A stretch of DNA of 35,052 nucleotides from a virus (IMGVR_UViG_3300020183_000248:1-35052), one strand, 5' to 3'. Shown: positions 1 through 7,677, numbered from the stretch's first letter. The notes: generated by a model not told the origin, from the letters alone. Program-made: numbers and translations.

Positions 1-307
1 GCCAACCCCCGCCTTCGAGTACATCCTCAATCGCATCCCATACTTCTCGATCCGTCAGCCCAACCCATTCACGCTTGCCTAGCTTGCATATGCCGCACAG
101 GCACTCAACCTGCTCTTGCTCTGTCTTTGGTGGTGCGGCGTAGAGGGGTATATCGCAATTGCTCGTACCCAACTTTCCCTTGTGTTTTGCTGAAATGATT
201 TCTTGGTCATCGTCATCAAAATCAAGACTACTTGCCCAAGCCACTGGCTCAACATCACCCCACACGCCAACCTCCCCAACCTTTGCTAAATCGATTTCCT
301 TACTCAT
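1..307 (-). CDS. Phage hypothetical protein, EPVAW / PLY-APP / WVGLTD type (partial, runs off left edge)
   Basis: Read manually: MSKEIDLAKVGEVGVWGDVEPVAWASS...IPLYAAPP...REWVGLTDREVWDAI. ATG at 307 overlaps the upstream stop, with an AGGGG SD. The motif set is typical of small proteobacterial phage proteins. Confidence 0.8.
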   Translation of the reverse strand, partial: MSKEIDLAKVGEVGVWGDVEPVAWASSLDFDDDDQEIISAKHKGKLGTSNCDIPLYAAPPKTEQEQVECLCGICKLGKREWVGLTDREVWDAIEDVLEGGGW

Positions 308-501
308 TGCATAGCCCCTCTGCTCATTGACCTGACGTAGAAGTGAATCTCTATTGCTCGATGTAATTCCATCTCATCAACCCCTGCTAGCTCACAAAGG
401 ATGGGTAGATAGGCGACATGTCTTGCCAGTTCTTCTTGCCATCGGTCGATTGATGCCTGGGTTTCCAGGTCTTTAAGTTTCTTTTTACTCATTGGACTCA
501 C
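304..501 (-). CDS. Hypothetical protein (65 aa)
   Basis: ORF overlaps both neighbours in the co-oriented early operon. Confidence 0.7.
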   Translation of the reverse strand: MSPMSKKKLKDLETQASIDRWQEELARHVAYLPILCELAGVDEMELHRAIEIHFYVRSMSRGAMQ

Positions 502-685
502 CGGCGGGTGTTGTCAGATGCCATGTCCTGAATGCCTTGTGCTTTGCCATAGTCTCTCTGCATTCAGTCGAAGGTGGCTTCCAACCATGTTCCCGCCAAA
601 TAGCTTCAACGGGACGAAACCATCTATCCGGTGGAATTTGATGGTCAATAAGATCAGCCCATGAGGGCATTTGTTTGTCTTCCAT
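485..685 (-). CDS. Hypothetical protein (66 aa, WxxHGWxPPS motif)
   Basis: GGAG SD upstream; overlaps the next gene. Confidence 0.75.
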   Translation of the reverse strand: MEDKQMPSWADLIDHQIPPDRWFRPVEAIWREHGWKPPSTECRETMAKHKAFRTWHLTTPAGESNE

Positions 686-710
686 GTATGTTGACTCCAG
701 TAAGGTAGAG

Positions 711-750
711 AAAACGCCCCAAAAGCCCTCTAAAGGGCTTCCAGGGGCAT
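711..750 (-). terminator. Long stem-loop followed by U-run (terminator or RNase III-type processing site)
   Basis: Minus strand ATGCCCCTGGAAGCCCT-TTAG-AGGGCTTTTGGGGCGT-TTT, intergenic. Confidence 0.6.
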
Positions 751-760
751 TGATAGCGGG

Positions 761-952
761 TTAAACGGTTAGATCTGGCAAGCATTCGCGGACAAATGCG
801 TGAGCATGTTCGATATCGATAAAACGGCGAAGGGTTACCGTGTTATCGCTATCAGTATCGATCAATCGAACCGCCCAGGGCAGACTGCCTGAGACGTAGT
901 AGACGTGACATGCCATGTTGTCATTGGTATCGACAAATAAATGATCATCCAT
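761..952 (-). CDS. Early hypothetical protein (63 aa)
   Basis: AGGGG SD, co-oriented, ends just before the hairpin. Confidence 0.7.
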   Translation of the reverse strand: MDDHLFVDTNDNMACHVYYVSGSLPWAVRLIDTDSDNTVTLRRFIDIEHAHAFVRECLPDLTV

Positions 953-961
953 GATGTACCC

Positions 962-1039
962 CTATAAGTTAAAAAATACTGCGCAAGCGAAGGCAATGCC
1001 GAAAGTGGCAGCAATGAACCAGTCGATTAGGCTTTGCAT
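962..1039 (-). CDS. Single-TM microprotein (25 aa) MQSLIDWFIAATFGIAFACAVFFNL
   Basis: Read manually. Fills the gap between neighbours exactly and contains a ~19-aa hydrophobic stretch. Confidence 0.6.
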   Translation of the reverse strand: MQSLIDWFIAATFGIAFACAVFFNL

Positions 1040-1041
1040 GG

Positions 1042-1176
1042 TTAACGCACGTAAACAAGGTAAGGTTCTTGGCCGAACAGAGTCATTGTCGCAACGACAA
1101 TGTCTGCTTGCTCTTTTGTCATACGCTCAGTTTGATGCGGTTCGCCGTAGGCGTCCCAATAGAAGATTATGTACAT
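1042..1176 (-). CDS. Early microprotein (44 aa) MYIIFYWDAYGEPHQTERMTKEQADIVVATMTLFGQEPYLVYVR
   Basis: Read manually; GGAG SD; tightly packed with neighbours. Confidence 0.7.
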   Translation of the reverse strand: MYIIFYWDAYGEPHQTERMTKEQADIVVATMTLFGQEPYLVYVR

Positions 1177-1197
1177 GATGTTTATCTCCGTGGTTGT

Positions 1198-1243
1198 GAT
1201 GCTGATCGCATCCCATAGCCCACTGGTTGCAATGGGCTATAGG
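1198..1243 (-). promoter_or_regulatory. Tandem intergenic hairpins (candidate mRNA processing/stability element)
   Basis: ATAGCCCA-N10-TGGGCTAT (1215-1240) and GATGC-N5-GCATC (1198-1212), between the ardC stop and the next RBS. Confidence 0.5.
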
Positions 1244-1249
1244 CTGAAA

Positions 1250-2101
1250 TCATGCGGCTAGTGGCATTTGCTCTTCTGCAACTTTGGTATCGATCAAGTA
1301 ATCCATTGCAGCCTGAGCCTTGCTTGCTGCTTTGATAATGGCGTTTTTATCTTGCTTTAAGACTTTGAGCCAGGATTCGATGTAACTGGCATGTTGCAAC
1401 TGACCATCAACGCCAGTTTTCATGCAAAGCATGGCTGCACCTAATTCAGCAATTAGCTCCTCGAAAGCATAGGCTTCGGAACCAAAGCGATTCAACAATT
1501 GCCGATCGAGCCTTGTTTTTGCTCCGGTTGCATGGATGCACTCATGTAAAAGCGTTGCATGGTAATCAGCAAGTGATCTAAAGCTACTAAGTGCAGGCAT
1601 ACCGATTGCATCCTTGGAAGCCTGATAGAACGCACTGCTAGCTTGCTGTACACCACCAGTAAGAGCAAGGCGATCAACTACAACCTGCACTCTAGAGTCA
1701 ATCGAACCCTCTAGCTTGCCTGAGCCTTTCGAGAATGTTGCGCCTTCGATGTCAGAAGCATTGAAGACGAAGTAATGCTTGAGCATTGGAATAGTGGCGT
1801 TAACATCATTGCCGAGATCATCTTTTTTACTGATTGAAAGTTGCTTCCAAAAGATGATAGGAACGCCTTTAGAACCCTTTTTAACGCTCATGCCTGCATC
1901 GCTTGCTTGCTTGAACGTGAGCCAAGCATTCGACTTGCCAAGGCCTGCCATGCCAAGCCAAAGTTGATTCATGCCCCGATATACAGTGCCTGAAATCGGA
2001 TTGTATGACTCGCAATCCTCATGCCAGGGTTTGACCCAAGGTGCAACGCCTTTTTCGAGTTCAGCAATGATGCGATCGGTTATATATTGTGCGATATCCA
2101 T
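1250..2101 (-). CDS. ardC: ArdC-family antirestriction protein (ssDNA-binding N-domain plus zincin-like metallopeptidase domain)
   Basis: Motifs ITDRIIAELEKGVAPWVKPW, YRGMNQLWL, WLTFKQA, VFNA, YHATLLHECIHATG (HExxH) and YAFEELIAELGAA. A GGAG SD favours the start at 2101 over 2116. Confidence 0.93.
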   Translation of the reverse strand: MDIAQYITDRIIAELEKGVAPWVKPWHEDCESYNPISGTVYRGMNQLWLGMAGLGKSNAWLTFKQASDAGMSVKKGSKGVPIIFWKQLSISKKDDLGNDVNATIPMLKHYFVFNASDIEGATFSKGSGKLEGSIDSRVQVVVDRLALTGGVQQASSAFYQASKDAIGMPALSSFRSLADYHATLLHECIHATGAKTRLDRQLLNRFGSEAYAFEELIAELGAAMLCMKTGVDGQLQHASYIESWLKVLKQDKNAIIKAASKAQAAMDYLIDTKVAEEQMPLAA

Positions 2102-2129
2102 TTTTATATGCTCCATGTGATTAGTAGGT

Positions 2130-2290
2130 AATTAGGATATTAAGCATATGCGGTATATGTCATATGCTACTTATGTAGCATAGTGTACATATGGTAATAA
2201 TTGCTTACATATAACCTATATGTTCCATGCCTATTTTTTATACATATATGTATATGTATGCCCTTTTATATGTCTAACCATACCTATGAC
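2130..2290. promoter_or_regulatory. AT-rich control region with repeated CATATG/TATATG and short palindromes, upstream of the early operon
   Basis: CATATG at 2145, 2161 and 2188; ATGCTAC-TTAT-GTAGCAT; ACATATA-ACC-TATATGT; ATACATATATGTAT. Confidence 0.55.
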
Positions 2291-2545
2291 CTTGACCATG
2301 ACCGGATGTTGATATCGTGGAATACGATCAACCATCCGCCCTCCTATCGGTGTTCTCGATATCAATGGGGTCGCCATGTGCTCGCCATGACTGTCATCAC
2401 CCCCACGTCCAACCATGCGTATGCGTAGTCATCATGGGTATGGGCATGATCGATACGCTGCATCAGATCGGCATCGGCAATCGGTCGATCCAATGGGGCT
2501 TGGGACCGGACGGGAGGTGGCCCCCCAACGCTCTTCCCCCCAAAG
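2287..2545. repeat. Short tandem repeat/palindrome array and G/C tract; candidate genome terminus or packaging region
   Basis: TGACCn x3, TCGCCATG x2, ATGCGT x2, ATGGGY x2, ATCGG x3, an imperfect palindrome at 2303-2338, then G-rich and C-rich runs. Confidence 0.5.
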
Positions 2546-2557
2546 AAAAATGCTTTT

Positions 2558-2566
2558 TGGTATGCT
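2558..2566 (+). promoter_or_regulatory. Extended -10 promoter candidate for the late arm
   Basis: TG-G-TATGCT upstream of the AGGAGGT SD of the first plus-strand gene; no good -35. Confidence 0.4.
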
Positions 2567-2588
2567 GAGGTTTTGCTTAGGAGGTGAT

Positions 2589-2798
2589 ATGAAGATTGAG
2601 AAAGGTGTAGATGTGCCTAGTGAGAGGAAGCGGTTATCGTATCCATATGCACAGATGGATGTAGGGGACAGTTTCTTTATTAAAGATGTGGCATTACAGA
2701 CGATATGCAATGCCAATTACAGGTATGGTAGTAAACATGGTGTGAAGTTTACTGCAAGAAAGCAAGACGGTGGTATAAGGGTATGGAGGATTGATTGA
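2589..2798 (+). CDS. Small phage putative DNA-binding protein (YPxxxMxVGDSF...GIRVWR type)
   Basis: Strong AGGAGGT SD fixes the start at 2589, not 2415; the motif is common in small phage proteins. Confidence 0.85.
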   Translation: MKIEKGVDVPSERKRLSYPYAQMDVGDSFFIKDVALQTICNANYRYGSKHGVKFTARKQDGGIRVWRID

Positions 2799-2971
2799 GC
2801 TTTGAAAAGTTAAAAAAGTGGATAGAGCGATATACGGAGGGTGACAAAACATATCCGTATCAGGCAATGATGTGGTATCGGGAGGAGCAGATGAAAAGGC
2901 CCTTGAATAAGGGTGAGGTTAAGGTGATGATGTGGTTGGAGAAGACTTATGGTTTGGACAAAAGTGAGTGA
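2795..2971 (+). CDS. Hypothetical protein (58 aa) MSFEKLKKWIERYTEGDK...LDKSE
   Basis: Read manually; TTG start overlaps the previous TGA; GGAGGA SD. Confidence 0.65.
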   Translation: MSFEKLKKWIERYTEGDKTYPYQAMMWYREEQMKRPLNKGEVKVMMWLEKTYGLDKSE

Positions 2972-3128
2972 GTGTGCGAGTTGCCGTCACAGTCATCATG
3001 CGGGACAAATTTCGTATGAGACGGGTGAGGTGAGGATGTTGTTGATGTGCAGGTTGCATCAGCGATGGGCTGAGGAACGATGTTCAAAGTATGAGTATGA
3101 GCCAGGGACAAACGCTGATGAAGTTTGA
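2949..3128 (+). CDS. Small Cys4 zinc-finger-like protein (59 aa)
   Basis: Read manually: MVWTKVSECASCRHS...MCRLH...RCSKYEYEPGT. GGAG SD; overlaps the terL start. Confidence 0.65.
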   Translation: MVWTKVSECASCRHSHHAGQISYETGEVRMLLMCRLHQRWAEERCSKYEYEPGTNADEV

Positions 3129-4887
3129 CTTAGATAAGTTCAGTCGTTTTTGCCGTGAGTTAACGGTAGAGACAAAAGAGATGGGAATGCAGAAGTTAGG
3201 CACCAAACTCTTAGGAACCCAAACCTATGTGATGCAAGAGATTGCTAAGGGTTTGCAAGAGGACAAGCATTTCTTTGTGATTCTTAAGGGCAGGCAGTTA
3301 GGGATTACTACGATCTCACTAGCATTAGACCTTTACTGGCACTTCTTACACCCTGGGTTTCAGGGGACGCTTACTACTGATACGGAAGAGAACAGAGACC
3401 AGTTCAGAACGACATTAGCGATGTACATGGATGGTTTGCCACCTGAGTACAAGATTCCGTTAATGAGTCATAACAGAAATCAATTGGTTTTGAAGAATCG
3501 ATCAAGATTGTTTTATCAGGTAGCCGGTTTGCGAAGCAAAGGGTCACTGGGGCGTGGTAAGGCGATTACGTATTTGCATGGCACAGAGACATCGTCATGG
3601 GGTGATGAGGAAGGATTGGCATCGTTGTTGGCTTCGCTTGCCGAGCGTAATCCTGCAAGGCTTTATTTGTTTGAGAGCACGGCCCGTGGATTCAATATGT
3701 TTCATGACATGTACATCACGGCAAAGAGGGCTAAAACACAACATGCGATCTTTTGCGGATGGTGGCGCAATGAGTTGTATCAGGTTGAAGCGACCAATCC
3801 GATTTACAAAGTCTATTGGGATGGCAAGTTAAGTCCTGAAGAAAAGGATTGGACGAAAGAGATTAGAAAACTCTATCAGGTTGAGATCAATACGAGGCAA
3901 ATTGCTTGGTGGCGATGGAAGATGGCTGAGGGTATAAAAGACGAAGCTTTGATGTATCAGGAGTTTCCTCCCACTGAAGACTATGCCTTTGTCATGACGG
4001 GTAGTTCGTTCTTTTCAACGAGTCGTTGTACAGATGCCATGAAGGTGGCAAAAAAAACCAATGTAGATAGTTACCGCTTTGATATTGGTCAATACTTTGA
4101 AGACACAACGCTTATGCGTTCGACTGAGCGCTTAGCAACCGTCAAGGTTTGGGAAGAACCCAAGGCCGAAGGCTATTACGTGATTGGTGCTGATCCAGCC
4201 TATGGGTCATCGGATTGGGCAGATCGTTTTTGTTTACAGGTCTATCGTTGCTATGCAGATGGTTTAGATCAGGTAGCAGAGTTTGCGACCTCTGAACTTA
4301 ACACCTATCAGTTTGCATGGATCATTTGTTATTTTGCTGGCGCATATAGGAACTCAACCTTAAACCTGGAAGTTAATGGGCCAGGGCAGGCGGTAATCAA
4401 TGAGATCAAAAATCTCAAGCGACAGGCAGCAACCCTGCCAGAAAAATATGGGACAGGGTTATTTGCGGTGCTCTCTAACATGCAACATTACTTATGGCGG
4501 CGTAATGACTCGATGGGTGGTTGGTCTAACTCCATTGGGTATATGACAACTGCAGCAACCAAAGAACGCATGATGGCTTACTTCAAGGATTATTTTGAAC
4601 GTGGCATGATGGGTGTGTACTCTGAAGACACCATTGAAGAAATGAAGTCGATTGTCAGAGATGGCTCAAGCATTGCAGCCTATGGGCGCAACAAAGATGA
4701 TCGGGTGATGGCAACAGCGTTAGCCTGTGTAGCTTATGCAGAGCAAGTGCAACCAAGATTGTTGGCTGCTCGCGTGACACGCAAGGTTGTTGCACTGCAA
4801 GCAAGAACCCCGCCTGAGTCACAAGTTGTTGGCAGGCAGATCAACAACTATTTGCAATACCTTGGAATTAAGCAAAGTGCAAACTAA
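3118..4887 (+). CDS. terL: Terminase large subunit
   Basis: Walker A-like LKGRQLGITT, Walker B-like YLHGTE, coupling motif ESTARG, nuclease motifs IGADPA and DDRVMA. Likely start MKFDL at 3118. Confidence 0.93.
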   Translation: MKFDLDKFSRFCRELTVETKEMGMQKLGTKLLGTQTYVMQEIAKGLQEDKHFFVILKGRQLGITTISLALDLYWHFLHPGFQGTLTTDTEENRDQFRTTLAMYMDGLPPEYKIPLMSHNRNQLVLKNRSRLFYQVAGLRSKGSLGRGKAITYLHGTETSSWGDEEGLASLLASLAERNPARLYLFESTARGFNMFHDMYITAKRAKTQHAIFCGWWRNELYQVEATNPIYKVYWDGKLSPEEKDWTKEIRKLYQVEINTRQIAWWRWKMAEGIKDEALMYQEFPPTEDYAFVMTGSSFFSTSRCTDAMKVAKKTNVDSYRFDIGQYFEDTTLMRSTERLATVKVWEEPKAEGYYVIGADPAYGSSDWADRFCLQVYRCYADGLDQVAEFATSELNTYQFAWIICYFAGAYRNSTLNLEVNGPGQAVINEIKNLKRQAATLPEKYGTGLFAVLSNMQHYLWRRNDSMGGWSNSIGYMTTAATKERMMAYFKDYFERGMMGVYSEDTIEEMKSIVRDGSSIAAYGRNKDDRVMATALACVAYAEQVQPRLLAARVTRKVVALQARTPPESQVVGRQINNYLQYLGIKQSAN

Positions 4888-5287
4888 TCCGTACACTAAA
4901 GAAGCGCTTAAACGCATTATGAAGCGTTTTCTTGATGACCCTAATCGTGGTATTTCAATGGCACGGTTTGCTGAACTTGCTGGCATATCGCTTTACACGT
5001 TAAGGGATGTTTTTCTTTACAAAACCGTACCCTTGAGTGTTTATGTGCAACACCGTGTTGGTAAGGCTTACGAGCATGTAAGAAAAGGTGAGGTGCGTGT
5101 CATGGCTAAGGGCAATAAACGCTATGTTGAATACCGCAAAGAACCGCAACTTAAGTTAAGACGTAACACCCAGTTGGTACTCACTGCTGACGGTTTTCAA
5201 ATCAAAACAGGGGTGCAGCTCAAAGGTGATTACACCCAACCAACCCTCGAAGAACAAATAAGGAGTCGTTATGGCCGTCGTTCATGA
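4877..5287 (+). CDS. HTH-containing protein
   Basis: ISMARFAELAGISLYTLRDVF is HTH-like; GTG start overlaps the terL end. Confidence 0.7.
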   Translation: MQTNPYTKEALKRIMKRFLDDPNRGISMARFAELAGISLYTLRDVFLYKTVPLSVYVQHRVGKAYEHVRKGEVRVMAKGNKRYVEYRKEPQLKLRRNTQLVLTADGFQIKTGVQLKGDYTQPTLEEQIRSRYGRRS

Positions 5288-5705
5288 TTACAAATGTCCA
5301 GCACACGGATTCTTTGAAAGCAATCAACCGGTATGTCCTCACGGCTGTGATGATGTGCAACTGGTGTTCTTGCAACCCGTTGGGTTGAAATCTGATAGCA
5401 CCAAACACGCTGATACCACCATGCGTCAATTGGCTAAGGATTACAGCATGGGTGATATTAAGTCAGTGCGTGAAGGTGAAGCCCAGCCTCATGCTTTATT
5501 AAACAACAAACAAGCAGCCCGTAAAGACCATCCTTTTGCGTTAAAGTGGGGTAATCCTACAGAGATTGGCGGTTTTAATTTAAATTCAATCAAAGGTGAA
5601 CAGGTGCAAGGACTTGCAAGCATGAGAGAATCGGGTGTATCGTTGCCTAAATTGCGTCCTTCCACGGTCATTAGAGATCACGAAAACTTACAAGTCAAAA
5701 CCTAA
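5271..5705 (+). CDS. FmdB-like zinc-ribbon protein
   Basis: HDYKCPAHGFFE...VCPHGC; AGGAG SD. Confidence 0.75.
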   Translation: MAVVHDYKCPAHGFFESNQPVCPHGCDDVQLVFLQPVGLKSDSTKHADTTMRQLAKDYSMGDIKSVREGEAQPHALLNNKQAARKDHPFALKWGNPTEIGGFNLNSIKGEQVQGLASMRESGVSLPKLRPSTVIRDHENLQVKT

Positions 5706-7357
5706 TGCGTATACCTGTCAATCCGATTGAGCGTGAGTTTTTCTACAATGACATTGCCAATAAGTGCATGGTCAGTTTGAATGAACGTAAGGCTGACTAT
5801 CAGACGCTGCGCTCTTTTTACTTGTTTGGTTCTGGGCCAGACGAAGCCCCTGCACATTTCAACAAAATATTCCCGCACATTGATCAGCTTGCTAGCTTTC
5901 TTTACTCAGCAGAAACCACACGGTTTTCCATTACCCTAGGTGCCTCGGTCAACCAAGAAGAACAAACGAAAGTCCCTGTACTAACGCAAGCACTCAATGA
6001 TGAGTGGATTAACAGCAACGCCGATCAAATCTTTTCTCAAGCTTTGTCATGGTCATTGTGTTTCAATTCCATGTTTATCAAACTGGTCTACAACAAAGGC
6101 ATTCATCCTTATGTTGTTGAGCCAGGAACTGTGGGTGTCTTGCGTGAAGACAGTGCGCACACGGATCGGCAAGAGGCTATATGCCAGTGGTACTACATCA
6201 CAAAGAGCGAACTCTACAATCGGCTCTACAAGCATCCAAAACGTGAAGAGATTGTCAGGCGTGTAAATGCGACAGAGAAGTCTTCACAAGAAATGCCGCA
6301 AGGTGTTGAGCGACTCATCATGTCGCAAGTCAACCCCACCATGTACGGTAATGTCAATTTGGACTTAGGTGGCGTGTCGCGTTACAGGGCAAGGGTGGCT
6401 GAAGAACTTGTCGAAATGAAAGAACTCTACATTTGGAATGATGAAATTGATGACTATCAGTTTGTCACCATTGCATGCCCAGATGTCGTCATTTATGACC
6501 GTGAAATAGCAAGTGTGTATCTCAAAGGTGAGGTGCCGCTTATTCAGGTCTGCCCAAACCCACAGTATGACTATTACTGGGGAATCTCTGAGGTTAGCAG
6601 ACTAGTTTGCTTGCAGCAAATGCGCAATAAACGCATGAGTGAGATTCTTGATTTGCTTAATAAACAAGTAAGTCCACCAACAGCCTTGGTAGGCTTTATG
6701 GGCATACCGGATGAAAAGAACTTTGCATTAAACCGTGCTGGCGGCTTGCTTTACACCGACTCGCCTAATGCGAAGGTTGAGCAACTTGCCCCGCAAATCC
6801 CTAATGACCTATTTCGTGAGATTGACCAGATTGACAACATGTTTGCTGAAGCGTCTGGCATTGTTTCTGTCTTGCAAGGTCGTGGTGAAACAGGTGTGCG
6901 ATCAGCAGGTCATGCCTCTCAGTTGGCTCGCATGGGTGCGTCCCGTGCCAAACGAAGGGCTTTAGTGGTGGAAGATGCTCTTGAGAAAGTAGCGACGATG
7001 TATCTCAAGCTCATGCGCAGATATGAAGATCGTAGTTACAAAGACATTTACAATATGCCTTTTATGGCCGAACAATTTAGCAATGATTTCGTGGTAAAAG
7101 TCGATGCGCATAGTAATTCGCCGATTTTTATGGAGGATACGCGCCAGTTAGCCTTCAGTCTTTTCAAAGCACAAGCCATTTCAAAAGAGCGTTTAATTGA
7201 TTTGCTTGAACCACCTATGAAACAATTGCTTAAGGATGATTTGAAGAAGCAAGAGTTTAATGCTGCACAGCAGCAACAAACAACGGCTCCTTCTCAAGTT
7301 CCTACGCCCCAGAGTTCTGCTGGCCCTGCCAATATGCCACTTAAACAGGTAAAGTAA
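5705..7357 (+). CDS. Portal protein
   Basis: 550 aa, located after terL, helical, with portal-like YYWGISEVSRL...QQMRN and SGI..V.QG.....VRSA segments and a Q/P-rich tail. Confidence 0.85.
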   Translation: MRIPVNPIEREFFYNDIANKCMVSLNERKADYQTLRSFYLFGSGPDEAPAHFNKIFPHIDQLASFLYSAETTRFSITLGASVNQEEQTKVPVLTQALNDEWINSNADQIFSQALSWSLCFNSMFIKLVYNKGIHPYVVEPGTVGVLREDSAHTDRQEAICQWYYITKSELYNRLYKHPKREEIVRRVNATEKSSQEMPQGVERLIMSQVNPTMYGNVNLDLGGVSRYRARVAEELVEMKELYIWNDEIDDYQFVTIACPDVVIYDREIASVYLKGEVPLIQVCPNPQYDYYWGISEVSRLVCLQQMRNKRMSEILDLLNKQVSPPTALVGFMGIPDEKNFALNRAGGLLYTDSPNAKVEQLAPQIPNDLFREIDQIDNMFAEASGIVSVLQGRGETGVRSAGHASQLARMGASRAKRRALVVEDALEKVATMYLKLMRRYEDRSYKDIYNMPFMAEQFSNDFVVKVDAHSNSPIFMEDTRQLAFSLFKAQAISKERLIDLLEPPMKQLLKDDLKKQEFNAAQQQQTTAPSQVPTPQSSAGPANMPLKQVK

Positions 7358-7509
7358 TGCAAAAAGAAGCCTATCGAACAGCGGGTGATCAACCCAGAAT
7401 GACTAAAGACTTAATGAAAGAAACGAATCGCCCCCCTTCATTGCAATACAATCGCAGTGCAATACAAGGTAAAGTGCGATCTAGTGGTACTCGACAATCT
7501 TCACGTTAA
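7357..7509 (+). CDS. Small basic protein (50 aa) MQKEAYRTAGDQPR...KVRSSGTRQSSR
   Basis: Read manually; TAATG overlap with the portal stop. Confidence 0.7.
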   Translation: MQKEAYRTAGDQPRMTKDLMKETNRPPSLQYNRSAIQGKVRSSGTRQSSR

Positions 7510-7520
7510 AGGAATATGCC

Positions 7521-7565
7521 ATGTACGCACGTATGATGAAGCGTTCACGCAAGACCCGTCGCTAA
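7521..7565 (+). CDS. Arg/Lys-rich micropeptide (14 aa) MYARMMKRSRKTRR
   Basis: AAGGA SD immediately after the previous stop; all Arg codons are CGT/CGC. Confidence 0.55.
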   Translation: MYARMMKRSRKTRR

Positions 7566-7585
7566 CCCCATCCTTAGCGACAAAA

Positions 7586-7619
7586 GGGTATGGCTGCTTG
7601 CCCGATTAACTAAGTGGCC
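7586..7619 (+). promoter_or_regulatory. Predicted H-type RNA pseudoknot
   Basis: P1 GGGUA(7586-90)/UGCCC(7599-7603); P2 GGCUGCU(7592-98)/AGUGGCC(7613-19); 1-nt L1; A-rich L3. Confidence 0.45.
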
Positions 7620-7641
7620 GCGCCTTGATAGGAGAAAAATC

Positions 7642-7677
7642 ATGGCACGCAAAGGACGTAAAGGCCGTCGGAAGTAA
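7642..7677 (+). CDS. Arg/Lys-rich micropeptide (11 aa) MARKGRKGRRK
   Basis: AGGAG SD 7 nt upstream, ATG-GCA start, TAA stop. Confidence 0.65.
   Translation: MARKGRKGRRK

Noticed and set aside
79-279. 66-aa minus-strand ORF in the track
   Set aside because: It is an out-of-frame shadow of the real 1..307 gene, which has the SD and family motifs.
2201-2588. Several ORFs across the divergent intergenic region, and the 2415 extension
   Set aside because: No SDs and repeat-derived sequence; the strong SD places the true start at 2589.
4050-4058. A-run in terL as a frameshift site
   Set aside because: The frame is intact with all motifs, and no stimulatory structure or useful alternative frame was seen.
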